A DNA stretch of 64,000 nt from Clostridia bacterium (GTDB lineage: Bacteria > Bacillota > Clostridia > Oscillospirales > CAG-272), in assembly GCA_017502875.1 (NCBI GenBank), contig JAFVUF010000012.1, positions 168,952-232,951 of the forward strand, in the 5' to 3' direction. Numbering within the stretch: position 1 is the stretch's first letter; each line of letters begins with the position of its first letter. This document shows, one piece after another, positions 8,657 to 16,763 of this stretch. The notes under the pieces are model-generated. The model was given only the letters and a program-made list of their open reading frames with translations. It was not told where the DNA came from and searched no databases. Made by a program: the position numbers and the translations under genes.

Positions 8657-8890
8657 ATGCAAAAGTTCGGAAAGATAGTTATAAAGGTAGAAGAAAAGAT
8701 AGCGGAAAAAGGATTTAGCAAAAACAGATTCACGCACGAGGCTCATATGGAGCACACTCAGTTAAATAAATTTTGCAGAAATGAAATAACTCAGCTCGAT
8801 ACGGACGTTCTCGCGAGAATTTGCACCGTTCTTGATTGCGAAATAGGCGAAATTCTTGAATTTATCCCGCCGTCAGAGGAAGAAAAGTAA
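8657..8890 (+). CDS. XRE/Cro-C1-type HTH regulator (77 aa)
   Basis: ORF trimmed to MQKFGK; HTH pattern FSKNRFTHEAHMEHTQLNKFCRNE..DTDVLARICTVLDCEIGEILEF. Confidence 0.7.
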   Translation: MQKFGKIVIKVEEKIAEKGFSKNRFTHEAHMEHTQLNKFCRNEITQLDTDVLARICTVLDCEIGEILEFIPPSEEEK

Positions 8891-8894
8891 AATC

Positions 8895-9064
8895 GGCTCG
8901 CACCTTCGGAGCGATAACTTTTTCTTTGGTCAGAAGAAGACCCCAAAGAAAAAGTTACAAAAAGAAAAGGTCGAAGGGAGAGTTTCGCTCTCTGCGGAGA
9001 GCGAGGAGGGCTACTCGCCCGTCCACCTCGCAAGCTTTTTGAAAAAAGCTTGGCAAAAACTTCT
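8895..9064 (+). repeat. Family-A repeat A4 (right inverted repeat of the cassette)
   Basis: GGCTCGCACCTTCGGAGCGATAACTTTTTCTTTGGTCAGAAGAAGACCCCAAAGAAAAAGT..CAAGCTTTTTGAAAAAAGCTTGGCAAAAACTTCT; first ~80 nt nearly identical to the reverse complement of the A3 inner end. Confidence 0.85.
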
Positions 9065-9116
9065 CTCTATCAAATACGCCGCTTTATTAACAAAATGTAA
9101 ATTTACCCACCCCCTA

Positions 9117-9145
9117 TTGACAAAGCGGTTTTAATATGCTATACT
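9117..9145 (+). promoter_or_regulatory. Sigma-A-type promoter of rplJ-rplL
   Basis: TTGACA, 17-nt spacer, TATACT. Confidence 0.6.
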
Positions 9146-9149
9146 AATC

Positions 9150-9334
9150 AAGTCAAACAAACCAAAGACAGTAGGTTTAAGTAATAATTCAGCTATGCCG
9201 AATTTCCTACCGAGGCGAAAAGACACGGACAAAATAGCATAATTTTTCGTTATGCCCAAGGTACGTATATTTTTCAGTTCTCGGTCGCCGAAATCGGTTA
9301 TCGGGATTTTTTATTTGCCTACGAAAAATCTGTT
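9150..9334 (+). promoter_or_regulatory. Probable L10 (rplJ) ribosomal-protein leader
   Basis: ~185-nt structured untranslated leader between promoter and rplJ, ending in a hairpin plus TTTTTT; assignment is by position, I cannot verify the covariance model by eye. Confidence 0.4.
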
Positions 9335-9349
9335 ATGGAGGTAAAACTA

Positions 9350-9865
9350 ATGCCCAGCGCAAAAATACTTGCAAAGAAGCAGGCTGAGACCGAAGCACTT
9401 ACCGAAAAGGTAAAGAAGGCAGCAGCAGGCGTTCTCGTTAACTACACAGGTATTACCGTTGAACAGGACACAGCTCTTCGTAACGAGCTCCGCAAGGCAG
9501 GCGTTGACTATCACGTATACAAGAATACGATGACCAAGCGCGCATGTGAGGCGGCAGGCTACGGCGAAATGGCTCAGTACCTTAACGGAATGAACGCTTT
9601 CGCGGTAAGCGAAAACGATCCCGTTGCAGCGGCAAAGATACTCAAGGGTTATGCCGATAAGCTCGAGAGCTTCAATCTCGTAGCAGGCTTCGTTGACGGA
9701 AACGTTATTGATGCAAAGCAGGTTGAAGAGCTTGCAAAGACTCCCTCGAAAGAGGTACTTCTCGGAAGACTTCTCGGAAGTCTCCAGGGACCGCTTTACT
9801 CTCTCGCAAGAGTACTTACCGCGGTTACCGAAAAAGACGGCGAAAGCGCCGCCGCAGCGGAATAA
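9350..9865 (+). CDS. rplJ: 50S ribosomal protein L10
   Basis: ORF trimmed to MPSAKILAKK (RBS GGAGG 8 nt upstream); L10-like sequence, followed by rplL. Confidence 0.9.
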   Translation: MPSAKILAKKQAETEALTEKVKKAAAGVLVNYTGITVEQDTALRNELRKAGVDYHVYKNTMTKRACEAAGYGEMAQYLNGMNAFAVSENDPVAAAKILKGYADKLESFNLVAGFVDGNVIDAKQVEELAKTPSKEVLLGRLLGSLQGPLYSLARVLTAVTEKDGESAAAAE

Positions 9866-9935
9866 TTTATTATATCCGCAAACAAAAACAGCTTAATAAA
9901 AAAACAAAAAGAACTTTTTACGGAGGATTATTAAA

Positions 9936-10319
9936 ATGGCTGCAGAAAACATTACCGCTATTGTTGAAGCAATTGAGAAGCTCACTCTTCTTGAGCTCAA
10001 GGATCTCGTATCTGAGATTGAAACCAAGTTCGGTGTATCCGGCGCTATCATGGTAGGAGGCGCTGCACCCGCTGCTGACGGAGCTGCTGCACCCGCTGCT
10101 GAGGAGAAGACTGAGTTCGACGTCGTTCTCGCATCTGCCGGCGACAAGAAGCTCAACGTTATCAAGGTTGTTAAGGACGCTCTTGGTCTCGGACTTAAGG
10201 ACGCTAAGGACCTCGTTGACGGAGCTCCCAAGACCGTTAAGGAGGGCGCTTCCAAGGAGGAGGCAGAGGCTCTCAAGAAGGCTCTTGAAGAGGCTGGCGC
10301 AACTGTTGAGATTAAGTAA
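9936..10319 (+). CDS. rplL: 50S ribosomal protein L7/L12
   Basis: 127 aa; Ala/Gly/Pro hinge and C-terminal [28 protein letters not shown] typical of L7/L12. Confidence 0.95.
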   Translation: MAAENITAIVEAIEKLTLLELKDLVSEIETKFGVSGAIMVGGAAPAADGAAAPAAEEKTEFDVVLASAGDKKLNVIKVVKDALGLGLKDAKDLVDGAPKTVKEGASKEEAEALKKALEEAGATVEIK

Positions 10320-10350
10320 TCTTACAGTACACCCAAAAATAACAGATGAA

Positions 10351-10385
10351 AAAATAGCGTTTCCGAAAGGAAACGCTATTTTTGT
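10351..10385 (+). terminator. Intrinsic terminator after rplL
   Basis: ATAGCGTTTCC GAAA GGAAACGCTAT followed by TTTTTG. Confidence 0.8.
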
Positions 10386-10496
10386 CAAACAATGTAATGC
10401 CTTATTTCTCCAAAATATCCTTTGCTTCGACTTCGCTTTGTGCAATCCGCAACAACTTTTCTGACAATATTTGGAAATGTTATTTCATTTTTTCTA

Positions 10497-10525
10497 TTGC
10501 AATATTTGGTAAAATATGGTAAAAT
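10497..10525 (+). promoter_or_regulatory. Candidate promoter of spo0A
   Basis: TTGCAA, 17-nt spacer, TAAAAT. Confidence 0.4.
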
Positions 10526-10590
10526 ATATTCAACATTGGTAATTATTGCCAAAAAGAAAAAGGATAACAAAAAATAAGGAGAATTCAGGT

Positions 10591-11442
10591 ATGGATATCA
10601 CAACTAAAATACTTATCTGCGACGAAAACGAGGATTTCAGGAGAGTTACGAGAGAGGCGTTAAAAAGCGCAGGCTTTCGAACACCCGACGAGGCATTGAA
10701 CGGCGAGGACACCTTGGCAAAAATATCAAGACTTCACCCCGATATCGTTATAATCGACGTATGGCTTGGCGGCATCGACACTCCCTCGGTCATCAGGCAC
10801 ACCAAAACCATGGACCTCTATCCCGACAAAGCGCCGTATTTTATTGTTACGAGTCAGTTCAACAACCCCGCATTGCTCACCGAGGCCTCTGAGGCCGGCG
10901 CTGACTACTGTATGCTCAAGCCGCTTTCCTACCCTTCGCTCATTGAGCGTATTCGCAGGCTTATGACTAAGCGCAAGGCGGAAACCGAATCTGCATTTGG
11001 CGTTATCAACCCTGAATCATCTAACCCGAAACCCGTAATTTATAAAAACACAGACAGCGTAAGCGCCCAAGGCGGAAACTCAGACTACGCAAGCGCGGAG
11101 CTTGAGTCGCAGGTAACGAAGGTCATTCACCAGATAGGCGTGCCGGCTCACATCAAGGGCTATCAATATCTCCGCACGGCGATACTTATGACGATAAACG
11201 ATAACGACATCATCAATTCCGTAACCAAAATTCTATATCCATCAGTCGCAAAGCAGTACAAAACCACCTCGTCAAGAGTCGAGCGAGCCATTCGCCACGC
11301 CATTGAGGTCGCCTGGGACAGAGGCGACGTAGATACCCTCAATTCCTATTTCGGCTATACGATACAGACCAGCCGCGGCAAGCCTACCAACAGCGAGTTC
11401 ATCGCTATGATTGCCGACAATCTGCGCCTTGCGAATATGTAA
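10591..11442 (+). CDS. spo0A: Sporulation master regulator Spo0A
   Basis: Receiver domain ([14 protein letters not shown]) plus Spo0A C-terminal domain ([34 protein letters not shown]); start at MDITTK with RBS AAGGAG. Confidence 0.9.
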   Translation: MDITTKILICDENEDFRRVTREALKSAGFRTPDEALNGEDTLAKISRLHPDIVIIDVWLGGIDTPSVIRHTKTMDLYPDKAPYFIVTSQFNNPALLTEASEAGADYCMLKPLSYPSLIERIRRLMTKRKAETESAFGVINPESSNPKPVIYKNTDSVSAQGGNSDYASAELESQVTKVIHQIGVPAHIKGYQYLRTAILMTINDNDIINSVTKILYPSVAKQYKTTSSRVERAIRHAIEVAWDRGDVDTLNSYFGYTIQTSRGKPTNSEFIAMIADNLRLANM

Positions 11443-11445
11443 ATG

Positions 11446-11484
11446 AAAATGGCAGAGAAATTTCATCTTCTCTGCCATTTTTCT
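11446..11484 (+). terminator. Intrinsic terminator after spo0A
   Basis: AATGGCAGAGAA..TTCTCTGCCATT stem followed by TTTCTC. Confidence 0.65.
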
Positions 11485-11598
11485 CGCTTTTAGTGAAGTT
11501 AAGCTTGCCCTGCTTTGCCGCGCAAAACTTCACTGACCGCAGGACAACTTCACTTACAAGGCAAACTTAGCCGCTTTGTGTCCAAGGACATAAAGCAA

Positions 11599-12792
11599 TT
11601 AATCAACCATAACCGCTTTATCAAGAATGTGCTTCTTTACCTTTTCCCAGATTACCGTACGCTCGGCGAGGTCTTTTCCGTAGTTCTCCTCAACCTGCTC
11701 CGCGGTCTCGCCGCTTTCCGCGGCAATCTTTATCAGCCCCTCGTCGTACTCCTTACCCGAAATGCGTATCTTCTCCGCCTGGATTATCTCGTAAAGAATC
11801 ATCTCCTCCTTTACTATACCCTCGGCGTATTCCTGTCTTGTGCTAATATAGCCGTTCTGGTCGGTGCCAAGCTCCTTTAAAAGCTCCTCAAAGGTCAGCT
11901 CGTTCTGCTCCATCATGGCGTTGTAGTAAGCATCAAACTCGTCTGTATACATCTTTATCTTCTTTTCGGGGTACTTGATTACCTTGCTGTTGTCAACTAT
12001 GCTGTTCCAGAGAAGATTGAGCTTTATCTGCTCGTACATATAGTCCTCGTAAGCCTTAACAGTCGTAAAGCCCTTTTTCAGTCCGAGGAACTCATCAATC
12101 TTTTCGGTGTTGCTTGCGAACAGCTCGTCATTCCATTCGGGAGCAAGGGTTTTTGAAACACTCTTAATGTATATCTCGTGATAAACCTTCTTGCCCTTAG
12201 CCTCAGTTACGTTGTAGTCGTTCGGATAGGTATAGATAAGCGCGGGGACCTTATTCTCATAGTACTCGGTGTTGAAATTGAAGGAGGTTCCTATTATCTG
12301 ATTTTGAAGCTCTGGGAAAAACAATTCAGAGTTTTCGGGAAGATTGTTAAGGTCGTACTTCTTTATTGACTTAATCTCCTTGTCGGAAAAGGAAAGCTTT
12401 GAAAGCTGAGCGCCCTTTACGTCGCCCGTATAGTCGTATGCGACTAATGAAATAACAACGTTGTGTCCCTCGGCAATTTTACCGCTATTTATCAGTTCAA
12501 TGTAAGAAAGAGAGTTGATTAACTCATTCTTTGCCTTATCATATTCGCTCTGTACCTTCGACTGCGAAAGCTCCGCGCCAATATACTTAGCTACCTGAAT
12601 GTGTTCGGGAAGCCTTACAGAGTCGTAGGGGGTGTCGACGAGTATATAGTCAACGGTAAAGAATACGCCAAAGCCTATTCCTATGAGGAGAATAACCGCC
12701 ACGCAGCACATAAGCACGCGTTTTTTTGCCTTAGCGGTAAGCTTCTCTTTATTTTTGGCAGGCCTTCTTGCCGCCTTTTCTTTGTTTTTCAT
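11599..12792 (-). CDS. Membrane-anchored trigger-factor-like / FKBP-PPIase-domain protein
   Basis: 397 aa; Lys-rich N-terminus plus one TM; central FKBP-like and C-terminal trigger-factor-like regions; paralog of the next gene. Confidence 0.45.
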   Translation of the reverse strand: MKNKEKAARRPAKNKEKLTAKAKKRVLMCCVAVILLIGIGFGVFFTVDYILVDTPYDSVRLPEHIQVAKYIGAELSQSKVQSEYDKAKNELINSLSYIELINSGKIAEGHNVVISLVAYDYTGDVKGAQLSKLSFSDKEIKSIKKYDLNNLPENSELFFPELQNQIIGTSFNFNTEYYENKVPALIYTYPNDYNVTEAKGKKVYHEIYIKSVSKTLAPEWNDELFASNTEKIDEFLGLKKGFTTVKAYEDYMYEQIKLNLLWNSIVDNSKVIKYPEKKIKMYTDEFDAYYNAMMEQNELTFEELLKELGTDQNGYISTRQEYAEGIVKEEMILYEIIQAEKIRISGKEYDEGLIKIAAESGETAEQVEENYGKDLAERTVIWEKVKKHILDKAVMVD

Positions 12793-12825
12793 CTTGGAAA
12801 CGCTCCTTTGAATTTATATAACGTT

Positions 12826-13905
12826 TTAATTGCTTTCTATCTTAACATAACCGTTTATGACCTGACAAAGACGGACGTTCAGTACGGTTATAATTGCTAC
12901 GTTCTCGCCCTTGCTTGAAACAAGCGCCTCGTACGTCATACCCTGCTCCGCTTCGACCAGCTTTACAGCCTCGTCAAACTCAGCTCCCTCAGTCTTTATA
13001 CCCTCGGCGCGGACTATGGAATAGGTAAGAAGGTCGTTTACGAGGTTGCTCTTGGCGTAATTGGTTGCGACCTCCTCAAAATCCATCTGATTCATGCCGG
13101 AATATAAGCCAAACTCGGCGTACTTATCGCCGTTTGCCGAGATAAACTCCGCAAATGAAAGCCCGTTCTGCTCCGCAAGCAGCTGGAAATTGCCTTTAAA
13201 ATCCTGATAATATTCCGTGTACTCGGTTGGGTAGCTTTTTATGACGCATTTCGTCATCAGGTCGTCCCATACGTATAGGAAAATACAGCGCTCCCTGACA
13301 AATTTCAGGTACTGCCCCGCCGTATCGAATGCGGTATGCTCGGCGCAAAGCGCGTCGGTAAGCGTTGGCGCGCGATAAATACGGTTGACCGTTACCGAAT
13401 AGGAAACGTCCTTGCCCGCGTAAAGCTCGCTCGGATAATCGCTTGCGAATTTAAGGGAAAGCGTCTTGCTCTGCCCCGCGCTCATTCCGATAATTCCATT
13501 TTCAAAGCCATCTACGTAAAAGGTGTCGGAGCCAAGCGCAAGCAGGTAGCTTTCAGCGCAAAGCGCCTCATCGGGAACGCCGTCGATATAACCCGTAAAT
13601 GAGATTTCAACCATATCCCATTCCTTTGCGCCCTCGTGCGCGACCTCGGTATCAATACTGTTTTCGCGGTAGAAATAAGCAAGCTCGGTGTTTACCAAGC
13701 GGCTCACAAGAGACTCGGAAAGCGTTATGTTCTTGTAATCGGGAACGTCCATAAAGACCGAAAGGTCGTCGTACGGATATGGATTAAACTCCCCGTCGCC
13801 GTCCTCGTCGCCGTCATTGCCGTTACACGATATCAGAAAAACCAGCGAACCCGCAATAAGCCAAACGGCTAAAAATAAGCTTAGAAATTTGATTAATTTA
13901 CGCAT
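12826..13905 (-). CDS. Trigger-factor-like / FKBP-PPIase-domain lipoprotein
   Basis: 359 aa; lipoprotein signal peptide with lipobox LISC; FKBP-like segment VEISFTGYIDGV..GFENGIIGMSAGQSK. Confidence 0.5.
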   Translation of the reverse strand: MRKLIKFLSLFLAVWLIAGSLVFLISCNGNDGDEDGDGEFNPYPYDDLSVFMDVPDYKNITLSESLVSRLVNTELAYFYRENSIDTEVAHEGAKEWDMVEISFTGYIDGVPDEALCAESYLLALGSDTFYVDGFENGIIGMSAGQSKTLSLKFASDYPSELYAGKDVSYSVTVNRIYRAPTLTDALCAEHTAFDTAGQYLKFVRERCIFLYVWDDLMTKCVIKSYPTEYTEYYQDFKGNFQLLAEQNGLSFAEFISANGDKYAEFGLYSGMNQMDFEEVATNYAKSNLVNDLLTYSIVRAEGIKTEGAEFDEAVKLVEAEQGMTYEALVSSKGENVAIITVLNVRLCQVINGYVKIESN

Positions 13906-13983
13906 AACGGTTATTATTATACCACACCTTTATATACACGTCTTTAAGAAAAAGTAAAAAATAATCCCCATATAAACTATTGG

Positions 13984-14997
13984 TTAGTTTTTATAAATCC
14001 CGAATCTAACGGTGGCGTAACCGAAGGCAAGCGCAAGTAAAATCACGCCGACAATCTCACCCGCAACCGAGATATTGAGAGTTACCGCTATCCCGACAAG
14101 CACTATCGCGTATACGTACATAATAGCTACGGCAAGTTTCTGTCCGTATCTTTCGCATAAGCGGTGATGAACGTGCTTCTTGTCTCCGCAGAAAATGCTC
14201 TGCTTTGACATAAGTCTGCGTATAATGGCGAATGACGTGTCAAACACAGGCAGTCCAAGAATCGCAAGCGCCGTAAAGGCGGAAAGCGTGTAGCCCTCAA
14301 CTGTCGGCGAGGAAAATACCGACTCGCAAAGCATTGCGGTAAGCATAAATCCAAAGAACATCGAGCCCGCGTCCCCTAAAAACGTCTTTGCGGGATTTGC
14401 GTTGTGAGGAAGGAAGCCAAGCGCCGCGCAAAGCAGGGTAAGCGCTATCGCAACCACGTTTCCGTCATAGAAAAGGAACGATACGAGCGCTATTCCACCG
14501 CACCCGAAAATCGCGATTCCGGTGCAAAGCCCGTCTACGCCGTCTATTAAATTGATAATATTCGTTACCGCGATAACCATAAATACAGTAACGGGATAAG
14601 CAAAAATCCATAGGTCAAACGTAACGCCGAAAAGCGTTATAAACTGCGCCGTAACGCCAAACGCGCAAAGCGCCACGCCCGCTAAGGCTTGTCCGAGTAT
14701 CTTTATCATCGGTTTAAGACCGAATTTGTCGTCAAGCATGCCTACGGTAACGATTATCAGTCCGCCAACTATGTAAGGAAGCGCCTCAAAGAAGTAACCC
14801 GTAACGCTTATAGCGATAGAAAACGCGAGAAATACCGCTGCTCCGCCAATTCGTGGGGTGGCGTCCTTGTGCATTCTTCGCTCGTCCTTCGGTATGTCCA
14901 TAAACCCTAAAACAGGCGCAAGTCTTATCGCCGGGAACGTCAGTCCAAATCCCAGCCCTAACGCTATTACACATGCTATTAATGTATATAGTTCCAT
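13984..14997 (-). CDS. Glycosyltransferase family 4 (MraY/WecA/TagO-like undecaprenyl-phosphate sugar-1-phosphate transferase)
   Basis: Polytopic membrane protein; DIPKDERRMHKDATPRIGG motif; start trimmed to MELYTL (ATG 14997) because the upstream 43 codons translate repeat B3. Confidence 0.75.
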   Translation of the reverse strand: MELYTLIACVIALGLGFGLTFPAIRLAPVLGFMDIPKDERRMHKDATPRIGGAAVFLAFSIAISVTGYFFEALPYIVGGLIIVTVGMLDDKFGLKPMIKILGQALAGVALCAFGVTAQFITLFGVTFDLWIFAYPVTVFMVIAVTNIINLIDGVDGLCTGIAIFGCGGIALVSFLFYDGNVVAIALTLLCAALGFLPHNANPAKTFLGDAGSMFFGFMLTAMLCESVFSSPTVEGYTLSAFTALAILGLPVFDTSFAIIRRLMSKQSIFCGDKKHVHHRLCERYGQKLAVAIMYVYAIVLVGIAVTLNISVAGEIVGVILLALAFGYATVRFGIYKN

Positions 14998-15016
14998 TTT
15001 ATACCCTTTCGTTAAA

Positions 15017-15105
15017 GAGATACGCGCTTTCTTGAAAGAAAGCTGCGCAAAGAACTTTTGTATACTCGTTGCTCCGCACAAGCACGAAGCAACAAGCATA
15101 TATAG
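15017..15105 (+). repeat. Family-B repeat B3, head-first; head ~20 nt from the GT4 start codon
   Basis: GAGATACGCGCTTTCTTGAAAGAAAGCTGCGCAAAGAACTTTTGTATA plus hairpin CTCGTTGCTCCG/CGAAGCAACAAG plus TATATAG. Confidence 0.9.
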
Positions 15106-15240
15106 TTTTTTCGTGGCTTTTTCCAAAAATATACATTCCCTTAAACAATAAGATTATCACAAAAGGGAACGAAAAATAAATCGCAACGTGAACTTTAAAT
15201 GAGTTATCGCTTTTGAAGAAGTTACATCATTTGAAAAAAC

Positions 15241-15334
15241 TGTGTAAGGATATATAATCGATGCTTCGTATATATGCGAGGCATCGATTATACAGAAGTC
15301 TTTGCGCAGCTTTCTTCAGAAAGCGCGTAACCCC
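15241..15334 (-). repeat. Family-B repeat B4, tail-first; head ~20 nt from the trpS stop codon
   Basis: TATATAATCGATGCTTCGTATATATGCGAGGCATCGATTATACAGAAGTCTTTGCGCAGCTTTCTTCAGAAAGCGCGTAACCCC. Confidence 0.9.
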
Positions 15335-15353
15335 TTCAAGCGCGATAATCCCT

Positions 15354-16352
15354 TTACAGTCCAACGTAACCGATTTTTCTGTGGACCTTAGAGATAGTTT
15401 TACGAGCGATATAATTTGCGCGCTCGGCTCCGTTTTTCATAACGTCCTCAAGGTACTTTTTATCCTTCATCAAGGCGTCGAATTTCTCACGGAGAGGCGC
15501 GAGGCAATCGGCAACAGTCTCACCGACGGCGAGCTTGAAATCTCCGTAGCCCTTGCCCTCAAACTCACGCTCGATAGCCTCAAAGTCCTTACCCGTAAAG
15601 CAGGAATATATGCTCATCAGGTTGTTTATTCCGTCCTTGCCCTCGGCGTAGCGAACAACGGTATCGCTGTCAGTTACCGCGCGCCTGAACTTACGGATAA
15701 TGTCATCACGGGAATCGAGAATACCGACGGAGGCGTTTGGATTTGCGTCCGACTTGCTCATCTTCTTGGTAGGCTCCGCAAGCGACATTATCTTCATACC
15801 CGTCTTTGCGATATAGCCCTCAGGCACAGTAAACGTGTCGCTGTAGCTGTTATTGAAGCGAGTAGCGATATCGCGCGCAAGCTCTAAATGCTGGCGCTGG
15901 TCCTGACCGACGGGAACGAGGTCCGCCTGATAAAGCAGAATATCCGCCGCCATAAGCACAGGATAGGTAAAAAGACCGGCGTTTATGTTGTCCGCGTGCT
16001 TTAAGCTCTTGTCCTTGAACTGCGTCATTCGAGAAAGCTCGCCGAACATCGTGTAGCAGCCGAGGTCCCACGCGAGAACCGCGTGCGCGGGCACGTGGCT
16101 CTGTACGAAAAGGGTGTTCTTTTCGGGGTCAAGCCCTGCCGCCATATAGACCGCAAGCGTCTCGTAGGTACGGGCGCGAAGCTCCGCGGGCACCTGGCGC
16201 ACCGTTATCGCGTGCATATCAACTACACAGTAAATGCAGTTGTATTCATCTTGAAGCGCAGTCCAGTTCTTTATCGCTCCAAGATAGTTTCCTATCGTTA
16301 AATTTCCGCTCGGCTGAACTCCCGAGAATATCGTTTTCTTCTGTTGTTCCAT
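15354..16352 (-). CDS. trpS: Tryptophan--tRNA ligase
   Basis: 332 aa; class I motifs (GVQPSGNLTIGNY, KMSKS). Confidence 0.95.
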   Translation of the reverse strand: MEQQKKTIFSGVQPSGNLTIGNYLGAIKNWTALQDEYNCIYCVVDMHAITVRQVPAELRARTYETLAVYMAAGLDPEKNTLFVQSHVPAHAVLAWDLGCYTMFGELSRMTQFKDKSLKHADNINAGLFTYPVLMAADILLYQADLVPVGQDQRQHLELARDIATRFNNSYSDTFTVPEGYIAKTGMKIMSLAEPTKKMSKSDANPNASVGILDSRDDIIRKFRRAVTDSDTVVRYAEGKDGINNLMSIYSCFTGKDFEAIEREFEGKGYGDFKLAVGETVADCLAPLREKFDALMKDKKYLEDVMKNGAERANYIARKTISKVHRKIGYVGL

Positions 16353-16380
16353 GGTGTACCCTTTCTAAATTTGTACAAAA

Positions 16381-16467
16381 GGGATTACGCGCTTTTCGAG
16401 AAAAGCTACGCAAAAGCTTCTGTACGACGAAGCCGCACCCCACGGGGTATCGCTTCGTCATATGTAG
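16381..16467 (+). repeat. Family-B repeat B5, head-first; head ~29 nt from the trpS start codon
   Basis: GGGATTACGCGCTTTTCGAGAAAAGCTACGCAAAAGCTTCTGTAC plus hairpin GACGAAGC../..GCTTCGTC plus TATGTAG. Confidence 0.85.
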
Positions 16468-16604
16468 TTTTTATAGCTTTCACAAACACCGTACCGCTTC
16501 TATACATACCTGAATAGGTATAAAACGGAACGGAGAATGATATATCTCATTGTTAGATAAGATTGATAAGCATTTTTGCAGGAATTACGGAATTTTTGAA
16601 AACC

Positions 16605-16741
16605 GTGTAAGGATATATAATCGATGCTTCGTATATATGCGAGGCATCGATTATACAAAAGTCTTTGCGCCGACGTTTGCAAAGCAAACTCGTAAGAAAA
16701 CTTTAGTTTTTAAAGCTTCTCTTCAGAAAGCGCGTAACCCC
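16605..16741 (-). repeat. Family-B repeat B6 (extended variant), tail-first; head ~23 nt from the rimO stop
   Basis: Same tail hairpin as B4, then GCGCCGACGTTTGCAAAGCAAACTCGTAAGAAAACTTTAGTTTTTAAAGC insert, then TTCTCTTCAGAAAGCGCGTAACCCC. Confidence 0.9.
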
Positions 16742-16763
16742 TTCAAAACGCTAATCACTCTTA

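Noticed and set aside
15017-16741. Possibility that the dispersed repeats are a CRISPR array.
   Set aside because: There is no regular repeat-spacer periodicity. Copies are dispersed singly or as inverted pairs in gene spacers over the whole window, and no cas genes are present.
16353-16763. T-box leader upstream of trpS (and of serS at 54674-54742).
   Set aside because: I could not find the conserved T-box motif (..GGGTGGTACCGCG..) or a specifier/terminator-antiterminator arrangement on the coding strand. The trpS leader is largely occupied by repeats B5/B6, and the serS leader is only about 70 nt.
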